The notes: generated by a model not told the origin, from the letters alone. A stretch of 64,000 nt of DNA from an uncultured Bacilli bacterium (GCA_947591495.1 CANQDG010000004.1:5358-69357); one strand, 5' to 3'; counted from the stretch's first letter, positions 9,440 through 19,533 are shown. Numbers and translations: made by a program.

Positions 9440-11680
9440 ATGCTAAAGAAAATCAATATGATCATTGTCGCCTTTTTCTTAATTTTAACAATCAAAGGCG
9501 GCTTTTTATTTAGTATCTATTTACCAGTTTTATTATTTTATCTTTTACAAGACAAAAAAAATATCTATTACATCTACCCAACATCTTTTATTAGTGTACT
9601 AATCTTTGCGCGGGGAGAACTTTTTTTATACTTAATAGTAATTGGCCTTTGTACTATTTTTTTATTTTTCTTAAAAAAAAGTATCACCAAAGGCTACTAT
9701 ATATTTGCTAATTTAAACATCAGCATTCCCATTTACCTTACCATCATCAATTTGATTAGTTTTTTTATTTACCCTAAAAATGCTAATCCGTTAATTTTAA
9801 ATATTATCTATATTATTTTAAGTATCCTTATTTATCTATTTTTAAACTTTTATTTAAAAAACCTCTTAAAAGATATTAAACATATTAAAGAACGAATTTT
9901 AATAAATGATAACAAAACTTATCATACATATATCTATCTTGAAATTCTCATTGCGATTCTTACAAGTCTTGGCGCATGTTATATTACCATCTTTAATCTT
10001 AATTTAGGAATTATCGTTGGTGCATATTTTGCGATGTATTTAAGTCGCAAATTTCAAAACATTTATAGTCTTCTATATAGTATATTACTAGTAAGCATTG
10101 AATATGTCATTTTAGATATTAAAGAAAGCCTAATTATTGTAAGTCTTGCGGGGATATACCTTGCAAGAAGTATTTATACGATCGGCATTTTAAATATCTT
10201 TTTAGCCATCATTATTTTAACAAATCGTAATTATGCAACATTTAACATCTATCCATATATTGCTCTAATGGGTTTAAGTGTTATCTTTGAATTAATTTCC
10301 CACTTCTTAATTAAAATTAAAGTAGAAAATGTTGATGAATATCAAGAATTACATCAAAGTGTTCAAAAACATGTCAATGAAGAAATCCTCAAATTTGCCA
10401 GTTTCCTAGATCAATTTGTCATTGGGTTTCAAAACCCCAAAGACTTTAATGACAAACTAAGTAGTGGGATTAAAACAATGGTTGATCGGCACTGCTCTAA
10501 CTGTCAAAAACAAAAACTTTGTTTTAATACCAATAAATCAACTCTTTATCCTATTTTTAAAGATATCTTAATGTTAAATGAAGATGCTATCTATAATGAT
10601 GAAAACTTTGCGAAAAACTGTCCTAAATATCCGTCTTTAATCAATACCTCTAAACTATTAAACGAAAAAGTCAATTATAAAGATTCGATAAGAGATGCCA
10701 AAGATGCTAATAATTATATTTTACTAGCCCAAATTAGTGGTGTATCAAATGCCCTTAAAAACTATGTAGTTGATACTATTTCTAAAAACGAACTAAACTA
10801 TCAAAACCTATATAAAGCCAAAGATTACCTCATTGAATTAGAATATTACATTACCTATTATGAAGTAATGCGCAATTACGAAGACGATTTTCTCATTGTC
10901 ATTGGCGTTAAAAACACCACCTTTACCATTATTAAACCAGTCCTTCAAACACTTTTTGAGGCTATCATTAATCAAGAAGTATCAATTGAACTAGTCAAAG
11001 AAGAAAACACTACCCTTTACATTCATGTTTTACCAAAACTACTCATTGATATTACGTATGCTTATGGCAATATTCCTGCCCTTGAAGAAGCAATCAGTGG
11101 CGATAACTATTTAATCAAAGAACAAAATAATGGTCATATACTTTTTGCTATATCAGATGGTATGGGTAAAGGTTATAGTGCCTTTTATGAAAGTAATATG
11201 ACCTTAAAATTAGTAGAAGATATCGTTCGGCTCAATGTTGAATCATCAACAGCCTTAGAAATCCTTAATACCTTCTATACCGTTCAAGACTACCTTGAAC
11301 GCTATGCAACCCTTGATTTTTTGGATATCAATCGCCATACCAAAATAGCCACCTTTTATAAAATGGGAGCTAACACCACCTATATTCTTAAAAAAAATGG
11401 TCAACTAGATAAAATCATAAACAAAGCCTTACCCCTTGGTATCGATGAAGAAGTAGATCAAAATACTTATACTCTAGAAGATGAAGATCTCATTATTATG
11501 AGTAGTGATGGTATTTTAGAAAATCTCATAGATAACGATCAATTAGAAGAATTTATCAAAAAGATAGCTATTCTTTTACCTCAACAAATAGTATATGAAA
11601 TCTTAAATTATACCACTACCCATGAAATTAAAGTAAAAGATGATATGACCTTAATTGTGTTAAAAATTCATAAAAAATAA
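9440..11680 (+). CDS. spoIIE: SpoIIE-family membrane PP2C phosphatase
   Basis: About 10 N-terminal hydrophobic helices, then a C-terminal PP2C-like domain (FAISDGMGKGYSA, IMSSDGILE, DDMTLIVLK). Confidence 0.75.
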   Translation: MLKKINMIIVAFFLILTIKGGFLFSIYLPVLLFYLLQDKKNIYYIYPTSFISVLIFARGELFLYLIVIGLCTIFLFFLKKSITKGYYIFANLNISIPIYLTIINLISFFIYPKNANPLILNIIYIILSILIYLFLNFYLKNLLKDIKHIKERILINDNKTYHTYIYLEILIAILTSLGACYITIFNLNLGIIVGAYFAMYLSRKFQNIYSLLYSILLVSIEYVILDIKESLIIVSLAGIYLARSIYTIGILNIFLAIIILTNRNYATFNIYPYIALMGLSVIFELISHFLIKIKVENVDEYQELHQSVQKHVNEEILKFASFLDQFVIGFQNPKDFNDKLSSGIKTMVDRHCSNCQKQKLCFNTNKSTLYPIFKDILMLNEDAIYNDENFAKNCPKYPSLINTSKLLNEKVNYKDSIRDAKDANNYILLAQISGVSNALKNYVVDTISKNELNYQNLYKAKDYLIELEYYITYYEVMRNYEDDFLIVIGVKNTTFTIIKPVLQTLFEAIINQEVSIELVKEENTTLYIHVLPKLLIDITYAYGNIPALEEAISGDNYLIKEQNNGHILFAISDGMGKGYSAFYESNMTLKLVEDIVRLNVESSTALEILNTFYTVQDYLERYATLDFLDINRHTKIATFYKMGANTTYILKKNGQLDKIINKALPLGIDEEVDQNTYTLEDEDLIIMSSDGILENLIDNDQLEEFIKKIAILLPQQIVYEILNYTTTHEIKVKDDMTLIVLKIHKK

Positions 11681-11795
11681 AATAATTTATAATATTTTTT
11701 TGTTATAATGATTTAATATAGTGTATTTTTCTTGCTGGACTTTTTAAGTTGTTTATGATAGAATATATATGATTTATACTATTATGAGGTAGAGT

Positions 11796-12503
11796 ATGGA
11801 AGATCAATTTACAAGATTTAAGTATTTAATAGGTGATGATAAACTTCAACTTTTAAAACAAAAAAGCATTGCGGTATTTGGCCTTGGTGGCGTTGGTGGC
11901 AATGTATGTGATGCACTAGTTAGAAGTGGAATTGGAAGAGTTGATTTATTTGATTGTGATAAAGTAACAATTACTAATCTTAACAGACAACTTATTGCAA
12001 CCTCTAAGACAATTGGACTTGATAAAGTAGATGTAATGAAAGAACATCTTTTAAGTATTAATGATCAAGTAGTTATTAATGTTAATAAAACCTTTTTACT
12101 TCCTGATAATATTGATATAATTGATTTTTCCGTATATGATTATGTTGTTGATGCAATCGATACAATTAGCACTAAGATTGCTATTATTACAAAGTGTGAT
12201 CAAGAAGGGATTAAAATTATTTCCTCAATGGGTACAGGTAATAAATTAAATCCATTAGATTTAGAAGTTAGTGATATATATCAAACATCAGTTTGTCCAC
12301 TTGCAAAAGTTATGCGTTATGAATTAAAAAAAAGAGGGATTAAACATTTAAAAGTAGTTTATTCTAAAGAGTTACCCATTAAGGTTCATATCATGAATGA
12401 AAATAATAAAGCTATATGTGGTAGTAGTGCTTTTGTACCAAGTGTAGCAGGAATAATCATCGCAAGTGAAATTGTTAAAGATTTAATAAAAGATATTAAT
12501 TAG
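11796..12503 (+). CDS. tcdA: tRNA threonylcarbamoyladenosine dehydratase (ThiF/TcdA family)
   Basis: VFGLGGVGGNVCDALVRSGIGRVDLFDCDKVTITNLNRQ Rossmann/adenylation motif; 235 aa. Confidence 0.8.
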   Translation: MEDQFTRFKYLIGDDKLQLLKQKSIAVFGLGGVGGNVCDALVRSGIGRVDLFDCDKVTITNLNRQLIATSKTIGLDKVDVMKEHLLSINDQVVINVNKTFLLPDNIDIIDFSVYDYVVDAIDTISTKIAIITKCDQEGIKIISSMGTGNKLNPLDLEVSDIYQTSVCPLAKVMRYELKKRGIKHLKVVYSKELPIKVHIMNENNKAICGSSAFVPSVAGIIIASEIVKDLIKDIN

Positions 12504-12614
12504 TTCAAGATCAAAAGATATTGATTACTTCAATATCTTTTTTTATTAAAATAAGGCTTTTAATAAATGTTTGTGATATAATCTATTTATTAATAACGAA
12601 AGGACCAGTTTAAA

Positions 12615-14891
12615 ATGTTATCATTTATAGAAAAACTAAAAAAAGAAAAAAACATTGTTTTTCTTTCCTCTAATAATATTAAAAATAAACTCATTAAATT
12701 AACATCTAGTTTTTTAAATGACTTTACCTTTAAATCATACCAAGAATTTAAAGAAGATTTAGTAGGAATAATTGATGGTAAAGTATTATTAGAAAACTAT
12801 CAAGAAGGATTAACTTTTGATATTTTAAAATTAAAATTAGAAAGTAACATTTTACTAAGTCCTTCTTTAAAACTTAACTTAGATTTAAAAAACTTTTATG
12901 AAAATAAAAAAATATATCTTATTAATTATAATCATAATGATGATTTAATTAATAAACTGCTATCAAATTTTAGTAATGTTTTTGATATTACTTTATCTTG
13001 TGATAATTCTTCTATTAAAGATTTACTATGCTTTGAAGACTATAATGAAGAAGTCACATATGTAATTAATGATATAGCTAAAAAAATCAATCTAGGAATT
13101 AAACCATCAGATATTCTCATATATTATCCTAATAGAGATTATCTAAATAAATTAAAAGAAATCTTAACTATTTATAATATTGATTATCAAACTGATGAGA
13201 TGATTTATCTTATTAGTTTTGATCAAACAAAAACTTTTTTAAGTTTTTTAAAAGATCATCTAAATCAAGCTAAACTTCAAAACATCTGTGAAGCATACTT
13301 AAAGATGCATAATGATGAAATTCTAAATGAAATTATGAATGCCATTAACTTTCTAATGGAAACAGATTTAAATCAAGTTACTTATAATTTAATTTCTTAT
13401 ATTTTAAGAACAACTTCTAAAAAACAAATTAACTATCAAAATGTCATTACCCTTTTTAGTAATTTTGATAATATTTTTGATTATAATACATATATATATC
13501 TTTTAGGTTGTGCTAATAATATTTTATTTAGTTATGCTAAAGATATTAAATATTTAAAAGATGAAATAAGAATAAAAAATGGTCTTCTTACAAGTTCTAA
13601 ACAAAATGAAAATATGATAAATCAGATTATTACTTTTATTAATAGCTATAATAATATATATTTAAGCTATGCTAAAATAGTTAATTTAAAAGAATATATT
13701 TTAAACCAAATCATAGATCAAATAAAAGTAAATAAAATATCTAAAGTTTTAGATATAGAAGAAATTGTATCAAATAAAATGGCACAGCTTATTTACCAAA
13801 AAAATCGTCATCTTTATGATCTTTATGGTGAAAAAACTCCAAACTTTGATAAAGGTTTTAATACTTTTAATGACAGTCATCATCTTTTTAATCCTGAATA
13901 TAATGGTGTGCTTAATAAACCTGATGTAAAACTTGTTTTATCTGATAGTAAAATTGAAAACTATGTTAAATGTCCTTTTAAATATTATCTTAAAGAGTGC
14001 TTGAAAATAAAAGAACCACTAAGTGATTCAATTATGCTTGGTAACATTGTTCATTATGTTTTACAAAAAATTGTTGATAATATCTATCAAAATAACCAAG
14101 ATAAAGATATGGTTTTAACTAATATCACCCTTTATTTAAAAGAATATCTTAGTAGCATCAATTATCAAACGACCAAAAAAGATGAAATCTATTTTACAAA
14201 ATATATTAAAGAACTTCAAGATTTCGCTAAAATAATTATTAACTTTATGGATAATTCAGGTTTTAAATTACATAAAACCGAAGAAACCTTAAGTATTAAT
14301 TTAGATGATATAACTATTTTAACTGGCAAAATTGATAAATCAATGGTTTATAATGATTACTTTATTGTAATTGACTATAAAACTGGTAGTGTTGATTTTG
14401 ATTGGAAAAGTCTTGATGTAGGTTTAGATTTACAATTACCAATCTATTTAATATTATATAGCAAAACTTATAACTCGAAACCTGCTGGAGCATATCTTGA
14501 AAACGTATATCAAAAGAAATTTAACGTTGATAATAAATTAAAATTAAAGGAATATGCCTATCAAGGCTATACTAATATCGAAAACGATATTCATTTAAAA
14601 ATAGATGAAAGTCCTAACCATCAAGCTCTTTATAATATGAAAAAAGATAAATCTTTAATTGACGATGATTTTGATATTATCATTGATTTTGCTATAAAAA
14701 AGATTTTAGATATTGCTTCGCAAATTAGACAAGGCGAGTTTTTTATTAAACCCCTTTTTGATGGCAAAAGTAAAGTTGGTTGTGCGTATTGTAATTTTAA
14801 AGATATATGTTATGCACGCCCTCATATGATAAGAAAATACGAAACACATGACAATTTAGATTATCTTAAGGAGAATGATCATGAAATTTAG
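12615..14891 (+). CDS. addB: AddB/RexB-like nuclease subunit (short form, no Walker A seen)
   Basis: C-terminal Fe-S PD-(D/E)XK nuclease: KCPFKYYLKE, GKIDKS...VIDYKTG, GCAYCNFKDICY. Overlaps the addA start. Confidence 0.75.
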   Translation: MLSFIEKLKKEKNIVFLSSNNIKNKLIKLTSSFLNDFTFKSYQEFKEDLVGIIDGKVLLENYQEGLTFDILKLKLESNILLSPSLKLNLDLKNFYENKKIYLINYNHNDDLINKLLSNFSNVFDITLSCDNSSIKDLLCFEDYNEEVTYVINDIAKKINLGIKPSDILIYYPNRDYLNKLKEILTIYNIDYQTDEMIYLISFDQTKTFLSFLKDHLNQAKLQNICEAYLKMHNDEILNEIMNAINFLMETDLNQVTYNLISYILRTTSKKQINYQNVITLFSNFDNIFDYNTYIYLLGCANNILFSYAKDIKYLKDEIRIKNGLLTSSKQNENMINQIITFINSYNNIYLSYAKIVNLKEYILNQIIDQIKVNKISKVLDIEEIVSNKMAQLIYQKNRHLYDLYGEKTPNFDKGFNTFNDSHHLFNPEYNGVLNKPDVKLVLSDSKIENYVKCPFKYYLKECLKIKEPLSDSIMLGNIVHYVLQKIVDNIYQNNQDKDMVLTNITLYLKEYLSSINYQTTKKDEIYFTKYIKELQDFAKIIINFMDNSGFKLHKTEETLSINLDDITILTGKIDKSMVYNDYFIVIDYKTGSVDFDWKSLDVGLDLQLPIYLILYSKTYNSKPAGAYLENVYQKKFNVDNKLKLKEYAYQGYTNIENDIHLKIDESPNHQALYNMKKDKSLIDDDFDIIIDFAIKKILDIASQIRQGEFFIKPLFDGKSKVGCAYCNFKDICYARPHMIRKYETHDNLDYLKENDHEI

Positions 14892-17800
14892 TCAAGAACA
14901 ATTACAAGCAATTAATGAATCTGGTCATGACATCTTAGTAAATGCGGGAGCAGGAAGCGGTAAAACCGCTGTTTTAACAAATCGTTTAATTCGCCTAATT
15001 AATAATGGCGTTAAAATTGACGAATTAATCGTCTTAACTTTTACTAATCCTGCCGCAAACGAAATGAAAGAAAGACTAAGAAAAGAGCTAAAACAAACGA
15101 ATACACCAAACGCTAAAGAAGCCTTACAAAAAATTGATGTTGCAAATATTCAAACCTTTGATGGATTTATCAATGAATTTATCAAAAAGTATCATTATCT
15201 TTTAAATATGAAACAAGACTTTACAATCATTGATAGTGTCATTTCTAAAAAAGTTAAAACCGAATTTTTAGATCAAATTTTTGAAGATCTTTATTTAGCA
15301 AAAGATGCCAACTTTCTTGAACTAATCAATACTTATACTATCGATAATGATGATAACATTAAAAAATCTCTTTTAGAAATGTATGATAAATTAATTCTAA
15401 ACCCTAACTATCTAAAGATATTAGAGTACATTGATAATGAATTTAACCTTGATGTTATTAATAAACTTTTAGATGAATATTTAAAAATCATGAAGACATC
15501 GGTTAATAATATGACATCTTATTTAGATGAACTAGCGTTATATACAGCTAATCCTAAACTTTTAGATAAATATCAAGAAATAGTGCAATTAATTGATAAT
15601 TTAAATAAATGTAATTGTTATGATGATTTTTATGCTTGGAAAAGCCTTTCTTTTCCAGATAAAGTTAGAAGTCAAAAAAATGTTGATCCAGATGAAAAAG
15701 CAAGTTTTGATATAGTGCATGATAAAATTAAAAATGACTTTACAAAATTAAATAGTTTATTAATTTATCCAAATGATACATATATTAAAGAGGCTTATCT
15801 TAATACCAAAAATAGTACGAAAGCCATTTGTGATATTTTATTAAAACTAGATGCTTTATTAAAACAATATAAAGACTTGCATAATGTTTATGAATTTAAT
15901 GATCTTGCAACAAAAGCTATTCAAATATTAAAAGAAAACGATGATATAAGAGAAAAAATAAAAAATCACACTAAAGAAATTCTTATTGATGAATATCAAG
16001 ATACATCCGACATGCAAGAAGAATTGATAAAATTAATCGCTAATAATAATGTTTATATGGTTGGCGATATTAAACAATCCATTTATGGTTTTCGTAATGC
16101 TAATCCTAATCTTTTTAAAGCTAAATTTGAAGAGCTAAAAACAACCGGTGTAATTAATTTTACTAATAATTTTCGTTCTCGCCATAATGTATTAGATGTA
16201 GTAAATGTCATTTTTAGTAAACTAATGAGTGAAAATATTGGCGGAGTTATTTACAATGAGAACCATAAATTAAATTGTGGTTTTACTGACTATCAAAAAT
16301 TTGATGATAATTCATATGATCTAAAAATATATACCTATAGTACAAAAGAAATGAAAGCCTTAGAAGATATATATAAAGAGCAAGAAATCGAAGCATTTAT
16401 CATTTGTCAAAAGATTAAAAAAATGTTAAATACCAAAACGATTTATGATAAAGATAGTCAAACTTTTCGGCCATTAATGCTAAAAGATATTGCTATTATC
16501 ACCAGTACGAAAACTAATTTTGATACCTATAAAAAAATCTTTGAATATAATGGTTTACCACTCCAAATTATTAAAGATGAAGAAATTAGTAATAGTGAAG
16601 AAATATATGCCATCAATAGTTTATTAAAACTAATATACTTTTTTGATAAAACAAGTGAAAATTTCAATGATTTTAAATATGCTCTTATTAGTTTTTTAAG
16701 AAGTTTCATCTACCAAACAAGTGATAATGCAATATATGAAATTATTACAAGCCCTTCAATAAAAGAAGCCTTAAAAAACAAAATCCCATCTTTATATGAA
16801 AAATTAAAAGAACTAAATCAAAAATACCTTACGATTAGTTTAACTAATCTAATGATAACTATTTATCAAGAATTTGACGTTTATGGTAAAATCATCTTAC
16901 TTGACAATGTTGAAGCAAGCGAAGAAAAACTAATGTATCTTAGTGATTTAATTGATAAACTTAGTGCTTTAGATTACCAATTAATAGATGTAATTAATTT
17001 TTTAAATCTCTTAAAAGAAGATGATAGTTTCAAATATACAATTAAGGGAGAAACGACATTTAGTAATAATACTATTAGAATGTTAACTATCCATGCTTCA
17101 AAAGGATTAGAGTATCCGGTCTGTTTTTTTCCAGATATGTATAAACAATTCAATAAAAATGATTTTAAACAACTTATGATGTATACTAAAAATTATCACT
17201 TCATTTTACCTTTCATAGAAGAATTTAATAAAACGCCAAATATCAAATTTATTTTAGAAAAAAATGCATATGAGGAAGCTTTAGTTAGTGAAGAATTAAG
17301 AAAATTATATGTAGCTTTCACGCGCGCAAGAGAACAAATCATTTTAGTAATGCCAGAAGATGATAAAACTAGTGAATTAAGTGAAAATGCTAAAAAAGAA
17401 GCTAATTCATTTTTAAAATTACTATGTTTAATAAAAGATGATTTAACCCCATTTATAACAAAGATAAATTTAACTAGTTTAAATCTATCAAAAGAGTATG
17501 AGTTACTAATTAAACAAAAACAATATATACCTACGTTTACTAAAAAATTAACTTTTATCGATACTTCATCCAAAAAGGTAGCAGTTAATGAATATAAGGC
17601 ATCTAAAAAAGTTTTATTACCATCAATAAGTGAACAAAAATTAATGGATATAGGTACTAAATTTCATAAGGCTTTGGAAATATCACAAATGGATATTAAC
17701 ATCATTGATAGTCTTCATTTTAGTAGTGATATAAAGATGCATCTAAAAGCTTTTCTTAATAATGAATTTATTAAAAGTTTACAAATCATTAACCACTATC

Positions 17801-18033
17801 ATGAATATGCTTTTAGTTATGAAAAAGATCATAATGAAATTAATGGAGTTATGGATTTAGTTTTAGAAACACCTGATGCCTTTTATATCATTGACTATAA
17901 ATTATCTAATATTGATGATGTAGCTTATCAAAAACAATTAAATATATATAGGGAATACTTAAAAACCATAACTACTAAACCTATATATACATATTTATAT
18001 TCCATATATAAAAATGAATTTAAAAAAGTCTAG
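14875..18033 (+). CDS. addA: Helicase-nuclease AddA (UvrD/PcrA family with C-terminal nuclease)
   Basis: NAGAGSGKT, LIDEYQDTS, VGDIKQSIYGFR, LTIHASKGLEYP, YVAFTRAR, and C-terminal MDLVLE...IIDYK. Confidence 0.9.
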   Translation: MIMKFSQEQLQAINESGHDILVNAGAGSGKTAVLTNRLIRLINNGVKIDELIVLTFTNPAANEMKERLRKELKQTNTPNAKEALQKIDVANIQTFDGFINEFIKKYHYLLNMKQDFTIIDSVISKKVKTEFLDQIFEDLYLAKDANFLELINTYTIDNDDNIKKSLLEMYDKLILNPNYLKILEYIDNEFNLDVINKLLDEYLKIMKTSVNNMTSYLDELALYTANPKLLDKYQEIVQLIDNLNKCNCYDDFYAWKSLSFPDKVRSQKNVDPDEKASFDIVHDKIKNDFTKLNSLLIYPNDTYIKEAYLNTKNSTKAICDILLKLDALLKQYKDLHNVYEFNDLATKAIQILKENDDIREKIKNHTKEILIDEYQDTSDMQEELIKLIANNNVYMVGDIKQSIYGFRNANPNLFKAKFEELKTTGVINFTNNFRSRHNVLDVVNVIFSKLMSENIGGVIYNENHKLNCGFTDYQKFDDNSYDLKIYTYSTKEMKALEDIYKEQEIEAFIICQKIKKMLNTKTIYDKDSQTFRPLMLKDIAIITSTKTNFDTYKKIFEYNGLPLQIIKDEEISNSEEIYAINSLLKLIYFFDKTSENFNDFKYALISFLRSFIYQTSDNAIYEIITSPSIKEALKNKIPSLYEKLKELNQKYLTISLTNLMITIYQEFDVYGKIILLDNVEASEEKLMYLSDLIDKLSALDYQLIDVINFLNLLKEDDSFKYTIKGETTFSNNTIRMLTIHASKGLEYPVCFFPDMYKQFNKNDFKQLMMYTKNYHFILPFIEEFNKTPNIKFILEKNAYEEALVSEELRKLYVAFTRAREQIILVMPEDDKTSELSENAKKEANSFLKLLCLIKDDLTPFITKINLTSLNLSKEYELLIKQKQYIPTFTKKLTFIDTSSKKVAVNEYKASKKVLLPSISEQKLMDIGTKFHKALEISQMDINIIDSLHFSSDIKMHLKAFLNNEFIKSLQIINHYHEYAFSYEKDHNEINGVMDLVLETPDAFYIIDYKLSNIDDVAYQKQLNIYREYLKTITTKPIYTYLYSIYKNEFKKV

Positions 18034-18048
18034 ATTTTCTAGACTTTT
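18024..18048. terminator. Bidirectional terminator between addA and the rhodanese gene
   Basis: Stem aaaagtctaga (18024-18034) / tctagactttt (18038-18048). Confidence 0.6.
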
Positions 18049-18049
18049 A

Positions 18050-18361
18050 TTATGCATATTTAGTTATAACCGATCCCATCCAATGATCAATACCCCCAAT
18101 CACATTAATCACATTATACCCAAGCCTTGATAAAAAGCGTGTTGCTTGATAACTATTATTACCATTTTTACACATAATAAAATAGGTATATTTCTTATTC
18201 AAAAAAAGATGATACTTTTCACGTAAAATATAATAGGGAATATTGATAGCATCTATAATATGATATTGTTCAAAATCCCGTGAATCTCTAATATCAATAA
18301 TTTTAAAATTTAGATTTTTTTGATAATATTTAAAAAATTTAATTGGTGAAATTTCATTCAT
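18050..18361 (-). CDS. Rhodanese-domain protein
   Basis: IIDIRDSRDFEQYHIIDAINIP and active-site loop CKNGNNS; 103 aa. Confidence 0.8.
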   Translation of the reverse strand: MNEISPIKFFKYYQKNLNFKIIDIRDSRDFEQYHIIDAINIPYYILREKYHLFLNKKYTYFIMCKNGNNSYQATRFLSRLGYNVINVIGGIDHWMGSVITKYA

Positions 18362-18433
18362 AAAAGCCTCCTTGATTATGTTTTAATAATTCTAACAAAG
18401 TTAGTTAAAAAATAAGGTCGCTTTATGGTAGGA

Positions 18434-18468
18434 AATAAAAAAAGTGATAAGTGAACACTTATCACTTT
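18434..18468 (-). terminator. Terminator of the toxN transcript
   Basis: 13-bp stem aaagtgataagtg (18441-18453) / cacttatcacttt (18456-18468), followed on the minus strand by a T-run. Confidence 0.65.
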
Positions 18469-19028
18469 TAGGCTGCAATATGAGAATACTCTTCGCATTT
18501 TTCTTCAGCTTCTTTAAAAGGCATAATACTCTTTAGAAACTTCATATTGTTTCCGTTAATAATAGTGCTTTCGTTGATCTTGATGGTATATAAATATTTT
18601 GCTTTTTTATAAATTAAATCAGTATTTTTTTTAATCCACTTTAATTCATCAAAAATTAAAGACTTATATTTTACATCAGATTCTTCAGCAGTATTATAAT
18701 AGTTGATTTCTGATAAAGGTACAGGGATCATATTGTTTAATTTAATAGTACCTATTAACACTAATTTATTTTTAGATGTTTTAGTAATACGTAAAATTGA
18801 ATAAGTGGATTTTTTAATAGAACCATTAGAATTATAATCCGATGGTTTTGGTGAAGATAGTGGTGCGAAATAGTTGAAATTATTGACTTTTAAAATGACA
18901 CCAATGTATTTACGAGGATGTACTCTGGTTTTTTCTTTGTTAGATAACATCGTGTTCTTAAAAAAGTTCATCATATAATTAATGTATTGATCAGAAACTT
19001 CTATTATTATAATTTTTTGTAAATTCAT
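18468..19028 (-). CDS. toxN: Type III toxin-antitoxin endoribonuclease toxin, ToxN/AbiQ family
   Basis: Matches ToxN blocks as I remember them. KYIGVILKVNNFNYFAPLSSPK resembles AFIGIVLEIQGHKYLAPLTSPK. IGTIKLNNMIPV resembles LGLINLKFMIPI. YKSLIFDELKWIKKNTDLIYKKA resembles YKRMLYKQLQFIRANSDKI. RBS aaaaggggt upstream; repeat RNA cassettes upstream. Confidence 0.9.
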   Translation of the reverse strand: MNLQKIIIIEVSDQYINYMMNFFKNTMLSNKEKTRVHPRKYIGVILKVNNFNYFAPLSSPKPSDYNSNGSIKKSTYSILRITKTSKNKLVLIGTIKLNNMIPVPLSEINYYNTAEESDVKYKSLIFDELKWIKKNTDLIYKKAKYLYTIKINESTIINGNNMKFLKSIMPFKEAEEKCEEYSHIAA

Positions 19029-19051
19029 ACGATACCCCTTTTTTAAATTAT

Positions 19052-19202
19052 AATAATAAAATGGTAAGATATCAATATCTCACCATTATTGTTTAAAATC
19101 AGCATAGCTTATTTATATCTACTATTCAATGGTCGGTGTGGAATCACCTGTTCATTAAAGCTTCCGCGCTTATTGCGAAAGCAAATAATAAATCAACTAT
19201 GC
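19052..19202 (-). ncRNA. Antitoxin-like RNA cassette A (toxin-proximal, repeat block decayed)
   Basis: On the minus strand: promoter 19209-19237, closing-helix arms (19101-19122 and 19181-19205), about one repeat-equivalent (ggtgtggaatcacc-tgttcattaaa-gcttccgcgcttat), a hairpin at 19061-19086 and a T-run, then the toxN RBS. Confidence 0.55.
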
Positions 19203-19208
19203 ACTAGC

Positions 19209-19237
19209 ATTATATCAAAAAAGAAATTAAGTGTCAA
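19209..19237 (-). promoter_or_regulatory. Sigma-70-type promoter of cassette A
   Basis: Minus strand TTGACA (19237-19232), 17-nt spacer, TATAAT (19214-19209). Confidence 0.7.
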
Positions 19238-19302
19238 TATCTTTTTAAAAAAATCTATAATTTTTTTGGGTAATATATATCATTGTAATAAAAAATTTTT
19301 AT

Positions 19303-19498
19303 AATAAAAATGGTAAGATTAATATCTTACCATTACTATTTAATATAAGGCATAGTTACTTATTCTTACAACTCCCGCACTTATGGTGGAGGATCACCGT
19401 TCATTACAACTCCCGCACTTATGGTGGAGGATCACCTGTTTACTTACAACTCCCGCACTTATGGTGGAGGATCACCGGATGAATAAGAATAACTACGC
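19303..19498 (-). ncRNA. Antitoxin-like RNA cassette B (three repeats inside a closing helix)
   Basis: Own promoter 19505-19533. Helix arms ggcatagttacttattcttaca (19349-19370) / ggatgaataagaataactacgc (19477-19498). Three cores. Terminator hairpin atggtaagat-taat-atcttaccat (19310-19333) followed by TTTTTATT on the minus strand. Confidence 0.7.
19371..19476 (-). repeat. 3 x tandem repeat, identical 28-nt core actcccgcacttatggtggaggatcacc
   Basis: Cores start at 19371, 19409 and 19449 (periods 38 and 40 nt). Linkers are gttcattaca and tgtttacttaca. Confidence 0.9.
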
Positions 19499-19504
19499 AT
19501 TAAC

Positions 19505-19533
19505 ATTATATCAAAAAAGAAATTAAGTGTCAA
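19505..19533 (-). promoter_or_regulatory. Sigma-70-type promoter of cassette B
   Basis: Minus strand TTGACA (19533-19528), 17-nt spacer, TATAAT (19510-19505). Confidence 0.7.

Noticed and set aside
9274-9513. 79-aa ORF bridging the DUF951 terminator and the SpoIIE-family start
   Set aside because: It spans a terminator hairpin (about 9338-9378) and overlaps two better-supported genes in other frames.
16527-17573. Antisense ORFs within addA (16527..16709, 17196..17573). The same applies within other genes: 1028..1213, 4462..4671, 20824..21015, 24372..24615, 26594..27179, 28012..28466, 32259..32885, 34727..35449, 39251..39541, 40583..41323, 45333..45581, 46121..46623, 50306..50494, 52708..52890, 53886..54071, 54396..54581, 55352..55645, 57542..57769, 60613..61077
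   Set aside because: Each is nested in or opposite to a longer ORF with recognisable motifs. They have AT-rich shadow-frame composition and no independent start signals.
19089-19304. 71-aa plus-strand ORF from the six-frame track
   Set aside because: It runs straight through the hairpin, closing helix, repeat remnant and promoter of cassette A. It has no RBS, and its sequence is repeated as non-coding DNA in cassettes B and C. It is best explained as an RNA cassette, not a protein.
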